DNA from: Macrostomum hystrix
Taxonomy: Eukaryota; Animalia; Platyhelminthes
DNA: 64,000 nt
Assembly: GCA_950097015.1 (NCBI GenBank)
Contig: CATNEN010000038.1
Coordinates: 32,612,001 to 32,676,000, forward strand
Reading direction: 5' to 3'
The notes under the pieces: model-generated
Seen by the model: only the letters and a program-made list of their open reading frames with translations
Told to the model about the DNA's origin: nothing
Databases searched by the model: none
Position numbers and translations under genes: made by a program
Part shown: positions 1 to 12,200 of the stretch, one piece after another
Layout of the letters: each line of letters begins with the position of its first letter
How positions within the stretch are numbered: the first letter of the stretch is position 1

Positions 1-44
<44 letters not shown>

Positions 45-113
45 CGTCGTATCTATCTATCTATCCATCTATCTATCTATCTATCTATCTACGTCGTATC
101 TATCTATCTATCC

Positions 114-171
<58 letters not shown>

Positions 172-337
172 AAATCTATCTATCTATCTATCTGTCTATC
201 TATCTATCTACGTCGTATCTATCTATCTATCCATCTATCTATCTATCTATCTGTCTATCTATCTATCTATCTATCTATCTATAAATCTATCTATCTATCT
301 ATCTGTCTATCTATCTATCTACTCGTATCTATCTATC

Positions 338-368
<31 letters not shown>

Positions 369-377
369 CTATCTATA

Positions 378-440
<63 letters not shown>

Positions 441-441
441 A

Positions 442-486
<45 letters not shown>
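1..486. repeat. (TCTA)n/GATA microsatellite
   Basis: Continuous TCTA tetranucleotide run with a few interruptions. Confidence 0.98.
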
Positions 487-489
<3 letters not shown>

Positions 490-1123
490 GTGTTTGTAGA
501 TAATAGTCAAAGCACAACATTAAATCTCTGTTTTTCAGCAGGTATATCGTCAAAAAAACAAAATGACATGCAGTTTTCAGTTAGCAAACAGTTTAACCAA
601 GCATGAAATTGACCAATCTGTACAATTCTAGATGAAATTAGCATTACCATATGAGGGTTTAGCAGGCATAACACATTGTTAGCTAGTGTGTTTATTATCA
701 GTTTCTCTAACGTGGCTGTCGCTAGCGGCCTACACAAGTACCTCCCCCTGCCTCCTCCTGTGAATTCCAAACTCGATGTAAATCAGTCTAAAAAACAGCT
801 GCAGGAATGTTTGCAAGCGGCAGCCAAGGCATGCATATTGCAGAGAAGAACAGAGCCGGAAGCTAAGCAATCTGAGAAGGCCTCCCCATTCACCGCCCAA
901 TTAGCAAATCTGCGTGAAGGAAAACGATGCCTAATAAAAAAGTTTCGAAATGACCGACTCTCTCTATGATCGCCCACTGACTGCAGCTAAATAGCGGTCA
1001 CTTACAGCTGCAGTCGCATTGGATTACATTATCTATTGCTGCTTGGCCATGCAGAGATGTCCGTTTGTGTGAGAGTGGGGCAGCTTGCATTTCAGACATG
1101 CTTGAGCAACTGTGTTGCAGACT

Positions 1124-1156
<33 letters not shown>

Positions 1157-2427
1157 AGAAAACTCAAGCGCCCCACCTTCTGTGATTAGCATTTTCTTCT
1201 TTCGTTGCTTCACCCACCGGTAATCCATGCAATGCACTGATTTCTTCTCTTTTTTGATTATTTTTTATTTCGTTTAGTTTAAATTTAAAGTTTGTTCCGT
1301 CAGTAACTTGAAATTTCGGAAAGTAGATGAAATTTCGGAAAGTATAGCTCGCAGTAGAAATTTCGAAAAGTAGGAATTTCGGAAAGTACGAGCTATAAAT
1401 TTCGGAAATCCCTACTTTTGGATTATTCACGTCAACCCCGTATTGAGATTTTAGCTTCACAAACCTGGTTAATTTTCTACAGTCGAGAAGTGAAGAACAC
1501 AAACTCACGAACTGAAAGCAAACTGTGATAGAACTGAAAGCAATATGGAAGGTAACTCACGAACGCAGAGTTTAAAAATTCTTTAGCTTTCTTCACCGTA
1601 AGAAATGAATGCAAAAACTTCAATGGCATTCTGAAGCCCAAAGATACCACACTCTGGGCTGGAAGGAAATGAAAACTAGGAGCCGAGAGCAACATAATTG
1701 CAACAGTCTTTCTTGGAATCGATTGAAGCATTTCTCTGGTGTATCGATTTAGCTTCCCTGTTAATATCCCGAATCCTTAGTATCTATAGAGGATCAAAAC
1801 GTGACTGCCTGCTTTTAGAAAATTAATCTCACTGCTTTAGTCTGAAAGTCTCCCTTCTTTAGCTGCTCAATTAGAATATAAAACAGTTCTTCTGTTTGAA
1901 ATGAGAGGCTAGAACAGAATGAAATCTACAGTTGTGGGATGTAGCAGTCGCGATGTTAGATTTTTTTCTACCTTGTAATTTTTAAGCCTCAAATTCCGGT
2001 ACAAAAATGACCATCGAGCAGCTCACAGCTGTTGGCTGCAACAAATCTATACGCCTTTTTTCCTTCATACTTTCCTTCAGACTCATGATTCATGCCATGC
2101 TCGGGACCTGAAATTGGGACTAAAATCCCAAATTTGAGTAGGGGGGAGGAATTGGAGCAGGAAGAAAAACACAATTAGCTTTTATAACTCCATCTTAAAT
2201 ATAGCCGACATGTATTTCGATACAATGAGGTTTCTACATGAGCACTAAATGTATGCCGAGAGTATAAATTCGCATCCGGTAAGTCAAATTGTCTTCGAAT
2301 TGGAAAATTTGCCACTATAACAAATCAAACCTATTGAAATTATGCTTCAATCACGGAATGCATTGACGAAAGCAGATTGTTCTGCTTTTTATGGCAACAA
2401 AAACTGAAAAATTTAACGCATTGTGCG

Positions 2428-3335
2428 ACAGGTAGATCACACTAATGTAGACTTGGCAGATCACACCAATCTAGACTAGGCAGATCACACTAATCTAGAC
2501 TAGGCAGATCACACCAATCTAGACTAGGTAGATCACACCAATCTAGACTAGGTAGATCACACCAATCTAGACTAGGTAGATCACACCAATCTAGACTAGG
2601 CAGATCACACCAATCTAGACTAGGCAGATCACACCAATCTAGACTAGGCAGATCACACCAATCTAGACTAGGTAGATCACACCAATCTAGACTAGGTAGA
2701 TCACACTAATCTAGACTAGGCAGATCACACCAATCTAGACTAGGTAGATCACACCAATCTAGACTAGGTAGATCACACTAATCTAGACTAGGTAGATCAC
2801 ACCAATCTAGACTAGGTAGATCACACCAATCTAGACTAGGTAGATCACACCAATCTAGACTAGGTAGATCACACCAATCTAGACTAGGCAGATCACACCA
2901 ATCTAGACTAGGCAGATCACACCAATCTAGACTAGGCAGATCACACCAATCTAGACTAGGTAGATCACACTAATCTAGACTAGGCAGATCACACCAATCT
3001 AGACTAGGTAGATCACACCAATCTAGACTAGGTAGATCACACTAATCTAGACTAGGTAGATCATACCAATCTAGACTAGGTAGATCACACCAATCTAGAC
3101 TAGGTAGATCACACCAATCTAGACTAGGTAGATCACACCAATCTAGACTAGGTAGATCACACCAATCTAGACTAGGCAGATCACACCAATCTAGACTAGG
3201 CAGATCACACCAATCTAGACTTATCAGATCCCACCAATCTAGACTAGGCAGATCACACCAATCTAGACTTGGCAGATCACACTAATCTAGACTAGGCAGA
3301 TCACACCAATCTATACTAGGCAGGTCACACCTATC
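2428..3335. repeat. 24-bp minisatellite (CTAGACTAGGYAGATCACACCAAT)
   Basis: Direct tandem periodicity. Confidence 0.95.
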
Positions 3336-4039
3336 TACATATTAGCACAGGTTGAGGATAATGAAAAGTGGATAGTGAAAGTCAAAGGAAAGGAAAGTGA
3401 GGAGAATGATAGGCTGTGACTCCAGACTCCAGTGGGTCCGCTCTATGCACGCATGGTGGGTAGCGGAAGTTGGCCCCATTGGTAGGGGGGCCAGCCACAC
3501 ATCCTGACGAATGGAACCGAATGCCTCCTCCAAACCATAGGGACCCACCCCACCTCCGCCTAGACAATAAAAATCCTTCTCCCCTCGAAGAAGAAAGTGA
3601 ATATAATCAAGATTTTTGTTGAAATTCCATTGTATAATAATTTGATTTAGCTAAGCAACAAAACATCTCATGGAGTGTCATCTGCAGGCACTGTTAGCCA
3701 CGCTAAAGTTCAATCGTGACTTTGTCGCATTGCAACATATTCATAGAAGGAATCTGTTGAATCAGTACTGCGCCAAACTTGCTGCCTTCGGTAAGTGAAA
3801 ACTGACAGACTTGATGCTTCACTGGCCTTAGTATATAGTTTAGTAGGCATTTCCTTCTCTTAGCCTTCATATAGATAGAACTGAATAGGTGAGCAGCTCA
3901 TGGAACATAGGAGGATCTGAGTAAAGAGACAGGGGAGGGGTACAGCGGGCTGCGGAAGAGACGGAGGTGCAGCTATGCAAAGATTGCATATTTGCCTCTC
4001 TCTGCCCCTCAGAACTACCAGAAAAAAGGGAGGAAATTA

Positions 4040-4083
<44 letters not shown>

Positions 4084-4493
4084 TGAAACAAGAAGAGAAT
4101 GTTCTAGAGAGCTAAATCAGAGAAATGACAATGAGGTTTTACACTCAGATTGGCTGTCCATATAGACCCACAGTGAATTGCTGTCAGCATGAGGTTAAGG
4201 ATAAACATTGAAGCTCTGAGTGCAAACTTGCTGCTGCTGCTGCTGCTGAAGAGGAACCTCCTATTGTTGAGTCGATCGGAACTAGATATCTGACGTACAG
4301 TGAACAGCTGTTCAGCCGTGGATTAGTTTTTTGATTTTTTCGTGACTGACCAAAGACGAAAATGGTAGACTCAAATATCCTCATTCACTCACTCTATCGC
4401 TATCTGTGACAGAAATTCTAATCCCAAATCTAGCTCACCTTGGGTGCCATTGTTATTTCAATGAGTCATCGGGATACAGATCTGTCAGTTCCG

Positions 4494-5706
4494 TCAATCT
4501 CTACCCTACCTGATCTATCAATCTCTACCCTACCTGATCTATCAATCTCTATACTACCTGATCTATCAATCTCTATACTACCTGATCTATCAATCTCTAC
4601 CCAACCTGATCTATCAATCTCTACCCAACCTGATCTATCAATCTCTACCCAACCTGATCTATCAATCTCTATACTACCTGATCTATCAATCTCTACCCAA
4701 CCTGATCTATCAATCTCATCTCTATACTACCTGATCTATCAATCTCTACCCAACCTGATCTATCAATCTCTACCCAACCTGATCTATCAATCTCTAATAC
4801 TACCTGATCTATCAATCTCTACCCAACCTGATCTATCAATCTCTACCCTACCTGATCTATCAATCTCTATACTACCTGATCTATCAATCTCTATACTACC
4901 TGATCTATCAATCTCTATACTACCTGATCTATCAATCTCTACCCAACCTGATCTATCAATCTCTATCCAACCTGAGTATCAATCTCTATCCTACCCGATT
5001 TATCAATCTCTATTCTACCTGATCTATCAATCTCTATACTACCTGATCTATCAATCTCTACCCTACCTGATCTATCAATCTCTATACTACCTGATCTATC
5101 AATCTCTATACTACCTGATCTATCAATCTCTATACTACCTGATCTATCAATCTCTACCCAACCTGATCTATCAATCTCTATCCAACCTGAGTATCAATCT
5201 CTATCCTACCCGATTTATCAATCTCTATTCTACCTGATCTATCAATCTCTATCCTACCTGATCTATCAATCTCTATCCTACCTGATCTATCAATCTCTAT
5301 CCTAACTGATCTATCAATCTCTATCCTAACTGATCTATCAATCTCTATTCTACCTGATCTATCAATCTCTATCCTACCTGATCTATCAATCTCTATCCTA
5401 ACTGATCTATCAATCTCTATCCTAACTGATCTATCAATCTCTATCCTACCTGATCTATCAATCTCTATCCTATCTGATCTATCAATCTCTATCCTAACTG
5501 ATCTATCAATCTCTATCCTAACTGATCTATCAATCTCTATCCTACCTGATCTATCAATCTCTATCCTATCTGATCTATCAATCTCTATCCTAACTGATCT
5601 ATCAATCTCTACCCAACCTGATCTATCAATCTCTACCCAACCTGATCTATCAATCTCTATCCTATCTGATCTATCAATCTCTATCCTAACTGATCTATCA
5701 ATCTCT
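4494..5706. repeat. 24-bp minisatellite (CCTGATCTATCAATCTCTAYNCWA)
   Basis: Direct tandem periodicity; explains the spurious LPDLSIS ORF. Confidence 0.95.
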
Positions 5707-6397
5707 CAGAAGATACCTTGTTTCACTACATCCATCTACAATTTCACACAAATCTGCTAGTTAGGAATCGTATTAGGTCAAGCAAAAAACCCGAATATTA
5801 TGGCAACGCGGATCCATTGCTCAAAAAAAAGAAATTGGATATCTTTCGCATGCTAACTTAGGCAAGAGAAAATTGCAAACTTGAAAGAAAATAATGTGTG
5901 CAGTCCCTCCGAGTCTTCTAATGCGCTAAAGACATCTTAATCATGAGCCCAATGGCCTCATTCTATTGTACACAACGCCCTAGCACTATGCTTATGTTAG
6001 CGCGGCCTGCTTATCACATTGACCGAAGGTGCGACATTGGCCAGCAGAACACAGCTCAGACGAGAGAGAGAGAGAACAGAGATGAGATAAAGATGACTCT
6101 GAGCACTGCTGCCCATTTGAAACACGAGTATCCAATCTATCTATCTATCTGTTCTTGAAATCGTGTATCTCAGCTCTCTCTGCCTTACTTGTTGCAGTCG
6201 CGAGCTTGAAGACTAAAAGAGGTGAAACAAATTTTAGAGAGAATAAGAAGACAGATAGATAGGCCGATAGATAGATAGGGGCCGGACCCACGCGAGAATT
6301 CACACACAAACCTGCGACAGCTGGCTACCTTCACACATTGGCAATATACACTTTGCACAGTCGAAACTATACCAATCGCAGTATCGGCAGCAGCGGC

Positions 6398-6429
<32 letters not shown>

Positions 6430-6847
6430 CTGTTTCTGGACCCATGCACTAAGGAAGAGAGCTTGCTCAGACCCGTTTATGACATATTTGTTGCAGCCAG
6501 AGCAATTGAGTGTGTTGTCTTCTCAATAATTTCTCTTATCTCCAATTTCAGTTCTCTTCTCTTACATTTGAGAACAGCTAGAAGGGATTCTCGCTAGTAT
6601 AGACTGTCTTTTCTATTCTCTATTCTTGGATAGGTTTCAATATTCTTATCGATTTCTATCTGCTCAAGAGCTGCGTAAAGCATGCTCAAGTTTGTTTGTG
6701 TAGAAAAAGCTTATACGAGCTAGATTGTCATATATGCTGCTGCTGCTGCTGCTAATGTGTAAATTTGTTAATAGAACTATTCAACATTATGCTCGGAATA
6801 CATCGACGGAGTTTCTTAGCAGAAAATATCACTTTGGGATTTTTTAT

Positions 6848-8792
6848 TGTCTCTAATCTTATGGTGAGAATTATCAGTCTCTAATCTTAGGGTGAGATTT
6901 ATCAGTCTCTAATCTCAGGTTGAGATTTATCAGTCTCTAATCTTAGGGTGAGATTTATCAGTCTCTAATCTCAGGGTGAGATTTATCAGTCTCTAATCTC
7001 AGGGTGAGATTTATCAGTCTCTAATCTCAGGTTGAGATTTATCCGTCTCTAATCTTAGGGTAAGATTTATAAGTCTCTAATCTCAGGGTGAGATAATTCA
7101 GTCTCTAATCTTAGGTTGAGATTTATCTGTCTCTAATCTTATGGTGAGATTTATCAGTCTCTAATCTCAGGTTGAGATTTATCTGTCTCTAATCTCAGGG
7201 TGAGATTTATCAGTCTCTAATCTTAGGGTGAGATTATCAGTCTCTAATCTTATGGTGAGATTTATCAGTCTCTAATCTCAGGGTGAGATTTATCAGTCTC
7301 TAATCTCAGGGTGAGATTTATCAGTCTCTAATCTCAGGTTGAGATTTATCCGTCTCTAATCTTAGGGTAAGATTTAAAAGTCTCTAATCTCAGGGTGAGA
7401 TAATTCAGTCTCTAATCTTAGGTTGAGATTTATCTGTCTCTAATCTCAGTGTGAGATTTATCAGTCTTTAATCTCAGGGTGAGATGTATCAGCCTCTAAT
7501 CTTATGGTGAGATTTATCAGTCTCTAATCTCAGGTTGAGATTTATCAGTCTCTAATCTCAGGTTGAGAATTATCAGTCTCTAATCTTAGGGTGAGATTTA
7601 TCAGTCTCTAATCTCAGGGTGAGATATTTCGGTCTCTAATCTTAGGGTGAGATATTTCGGTCTCTAATCTTAGGGTGAGATATTTCGGTCTCTAATCTCA
7701 GGGTGAGATATTTCGGTCTCTAATCTCAGGGTGAGATTTATCAGTCTCTAATCTTAGGGTGAGATATTTCGGTCTCTAATCTTAGGGTGAGATATTTCGG
7801 TCTCTAATCTTAGGGTGAGATATTTCGGTCTCTAATCTCAGGGTGAGATATTTCGGTCTCTAATCTCAGGGTGAGATTTATCTGTCTCTAATCTTAGGGT
7901 GAGATATTTCGGTCTCTAATCTCAGGGTGAGATTTATCAGTCTCTAATCTTAGGTTGAGATATTTCGGTCTCTAATCTTAGGGTGAGATTTATCAGTCTC
8001 TAATCTCAGGGTGAGATTTATCAGTCTCTAATCTCAGGGTGAGATTTATCAGTCTCTAATCTCAGGGTGAGATATTTCGGTCTCTAATCTTAGGGTGAGA
8101 TATTTCGGTCTCTAATCTTAGGGTGAGATATTTCGGTCTCTAATCTCAGGGTGAGATATTTCGGTCTCTAATCTCAGGGTGAGATTTATCAGTCTCTAAT
8201 CTTAGGGTGAGATATTTCGGTCTCTAATCTTAGGGTGAGATATTTCGGTCTCTAATCTCAGGGTGAGATATTTCGGTCTCTAATCTCAGGGTGAGATTTA
8301 TCTGTCTCTAATCTTAGGGTGAGATATTTCGGTCTCTAATCTTCGGGTGAGGTTTATCAGTCTCTAATCTTAGGTTGAGATATTTCGGTCTCTAATCTTA
8401 GGGTGAGATTTATCAGTCTCTAATCTCAGGGTGAGATTTATCAGTCTCTAATCTTAGGGTGAGATATTTCGGTCTCTAATCTTAGGGTGAGATATTTCGG
8501 TCTCTAATCTCAGGGTGAGATATTTCGGTCTCTAATCTCAGGGTGAGATTTATCTGTCTCTAATCTTAGGGTGAGATATTTCGGTCTCTAATCTCAGGGT
8601 GAGATTTATCAGTCTCTAATCTTAGGTTGAGATATTTCGGTCTCTAATCTTAGGGTGAGATATTTCGGTCTCTAATCTCAGGGTGAGATTTATCAGTCTC
8701 TAATCTTAGGGTGAGATATTTCGGTCTCTAATCTTAGGGTGAGATATTTCGGTCTCTAATCTTAGGGCGAGATTTACCGATCTATAATCTTA
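6848..8792. repeat. 28-bp minisatellite (GTCTCTAATCTYAGGGTGAGATTTATCA)
   Basis: Tandem periodicity; degenerate units resume after the SINE at ~9146-9185. Confidence 0.95.
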
Positions 8793-8793
8793 G

Positions 8794-9145
8794 ATTGTAA
8801 CGCATTTGATCTCGCACCAAAGGTCCCTGACTCCCCAAGCTCGAATCCGCGGCGAGGCCACATTCATTTGGGCGCAGTCGCGGAGAGAAGGCTTGGGGGC
8901 TTGTCGTGCAATTTATGCCCTTAAGGGCCAACCTCCAAGGCACAGCGGCGAAAGTGTACAACTGCCTGACGATGAGAAAGTCAGGGCGAATATACACACC
9001 TGTGTGAGCGTGTGCCTTCGTACAGTATCTGAGTGTCTGTGTGTGTGCTCACGAGTCGCAATGGGCAGAATTGCCTCCTCGCTGGCTGCGGGTCTAGTGT
9101 CACCAAATGATGTGCCATTGCCCGCAGACCTCCTGCAATTATTAT
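8794..9145 (+). mobile_element. tRNA-derived SINE, copy 1 (5' end diverged)
   Basis: Collinear similarity to the reverse complement of 47063-47412; B-box-like GCTCGAATCC; (ATT)n tail; interrupts a minisatellite unit. Confidence 0.8.
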
Positions 9146-9261
9146 AGGGGTGAGATTTCCTGATCTATAACCTTAGGGTGAGATCACTTACTAGGGAAGT
9201 CTTACGTGTAAATTCTGACTTTACCTGTATTAATTTATAACAAAAATCGATTCAACTTCAG

Positions 9262-12200
9262 TGCCCAATAGCTCAGTCGACCAACAGCCTGTCTCGCCGA
9301 TGACGCCACCCGATCCACCGCAGCCGCCGCCGCCGCCGCCACTGTCTTCACTGTCCGTCATTCAGCCGCCGCCTCCGCCGCCTCCGCCATTGGCATCGGC
9401 GCCTCTGCCGCCGCTGCCGCCACTGCCGCCGCTGCCCACTCTTCAACGAGCTCATCAGTCAATGGTGGACTTTGTCTCGGCTGCCGAGGACGGCATGGAC
9501 GAAGATGGAGGAGCTCATCCCGATGACGACCTGGCTTTGTCTATGGGCGCTGCCGCCTACGAGTCGGATCCAGCGAGAAGGAACAAGCGCGGCCATCGCG
9601 GCATTGGAAAAGTATGCTTTTAGTTCAAAGTCAGGCTTATGCGCAAACTACACTACTATTGCTTGGTGAAAAGTAGCAAATTGGAAATTGGAAACATTTT
9701 TACATGGCTAAGGTAGATTTTAAGTCAAATTTTGCGTTGAAATTTATTCTGTTGTTAGGAATTGATGAAATATCACTTTATGCCATTAAGAATCAGTTTA
9801 ATATTATATGCAGGTGTAAAAAAGCTACGCCAATTGAAAACGAGCTAGATACGATATTTCAGAAGTCAAATGACTAGCCTATAATTTTAAGTTGCAATAT
9901 TAAACCATACTACTGTTTACCAAATCAGTAGTGTGAAATAATAATAATAATAATAATAATATTAATAATAATAATACAACAAATCCCGACCACCAACTAG
10001 ACCGAATGTTCAAAGTGCAGGTGCAATTGGTGATGGGTGGCGATCGATAGCTTCGACTAACATGGGTGAAGTATCAATATCTATGTTGTAGATTCTGTGA
10101 AGAAAATACGCTTTCGCTTTCTTGTTTATACTCAATGTTTCCATGTTGCTATCAATGTTGTGTTACATTCAGATAGTTAGATTTTCCAGTTTTTTGTTAA
10201 ACATTATCTTATTTTCTGACCACTCTTAAGCAAGCTTAAAGGGTATAATTACGTAACACTCGAACTTGACCTTGAACATTTTATTGGATGAGGTCAGTCA
10301 CGTGCCTTGGGTTTACCCTCTGATATTCTAAAAATAGCAACCGCCCAAACCCTAGATTTTCTGCCTGTTTTCAAACATCAAAAGGGAGATTGTAGCCTAG
10401 TTGATTACTAATTCCTTCGACTTGTTTCTTTCTTTCTTTATACCCCTAGAATCTATATGTGATTAGTGTTTGCGTCTAAATTTTGTCGTGAAAAGTTTTT
10501 GTTTTAGTTTTTATGATCACATTGAAAGTAGCATTGTGGATAAACCCAGAAGGGAAATTGGAGAACGATTCGAGTGACATCTCATCAAATCCTATCCAAC
10601 AGGTGCAGCCGCGTCAGCTGGACAACGGCCTGGAAGCGTTTCCCTGTCCGGCCTGCGACAAGGAAGGTATCGAGCTGTTTCTGCACTCTCGCGAGGAGCT
10701 CACGGCCCACCTGCGTACTCACAATAAGCCCAACGATGTCTCTGGCGGACACATCTGCGCCATCTGCGGCCGCGAGTTGAGCTCTCAGTCTTCACTGGAT
10801 CGGCATATGCTCACTCATTCAGGTACATCCTTGTCTAACACCTGATCCCCTGTCTAACACCTGATACCCTGTCTAACACCTGATACCCTGTCTAACACCT
10901 GATCCCCTGTCTAACACCTGATACCCTGTCTAACACCTGATACCCTGTCTAACACCTGATACCCTGTCTAACACCTGATACCCTGTCTAACACCTGATCC
11001 CCTGTCTAACACCTGATACCCTGTCTAACACCTGATACCCTGTCTAACACCTGATCCCCTGTCTAACACCTGATACCCTGTCTAACACCTGATACCCTGT
11101 CTAACACCTGATCCCCTGTCTAACACCTGATACCCTGTCTAACACCTGATACCCTGTCTAACACCTGATACCCTGTCTAACACCTGATACCCTGTCTAAC
11201 ACCTGATACCCTGTCTAACACCTGATACCCTGTCTAACACCTGATACCCTGTCTAACACCTGATCCCCTGTCTAACACCTGATACCCTGTCTAACACCTG
11301 ATCCCCTGTCTAACACCTGATCCACTGTCTAACACCTGATCCCCTGTCTAACACCTGATACCCTGTCTAACACCTGATCCCATGTCTAACACCCTGCAGA
11401 CGAGCGGCCGTTCATGTGTCCACTCTGCCCAACGGCATTCACCACCAACGGCAACATGCGAAGACACCTGAGCACACACAAGTCTGATCCGGATCTGCGA
11501 GACGAAGTCACTCGGCATCTCAACACCGACAAGCGACGGAAGCGGCATCGAGCCATGGAAGCTGCCGCAGCTGCGGCTGCAGCTGCCGCTGCTAGCACCG
11601 CTTCACCTGCGGCTCCCGGAGGTCAGATCATGATCAACAGCAACCCGGTAGCAACCAGCAGCAAGAAGGCTAATCAGCAAACTGCTGCAAAGGCTTCTTC
11701 TGCCTCTGCGATTGCCACAGCTGCCAAAGTGGCACCGATGATTGAGGCGCCCCCGACAACAGCGCATAAGATGTACGGCGGCAATGGCAGCAGTAGCAGC
11801 AGCAGCAACTGGTTTGGCACTGGGGCGCCGGTGTTTCAGTCGCTGGGTCTGCCTCTGCCGCAGCAACAGGCGCAGGCCATGCTGCCGCCGGTGCTTCAGC
11901 ACCATCCGCATCATCATCAGCATCAGCAGCCGCTGCAGATTCCAATGTCTATTTCGTTATCTTCAAAGACATTGTCGCTGACGAAGGCTGTTGAAAGCCT
12001 GAGGCCGTTGGCAGTAAATAACATTAATAACAACAACAATAGCCAGCATGCCAAGAAATCTGGCAAAATGTCCGATTTAAATGAACCAAAGGTAAGTGCT
12101 CAAAAAGTTAGGTTTTAAGTTTAAGTGAAATTCTATAAGTAAATTTAATTTCGTTAACAAATCATCAAATTTTACTTCTGCGTGTTTACAAACTACATGT

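Noticed and set aside
4440-5237. Repetitive ORF LPDLSIS (also ORFs at 17970, 18896, 28481-29143, 30133, 31835)
   Set aside because: Translations of tandem repeats with no flanking domain or splice support
1126-6752. Several (CTG/CAG)n tracts giving polyQ, polyA or polyS mini-ORFs
   Set aside because: Short microsatellites; no exon structure could be supported
8960-8995. Hammerhead ribozyme in the SINE
   Set aside because: CUGAcGA pairs into the stem and no properly placed GAAA or cleavage triplet could be built by eye; kept only as a conserved hairpin
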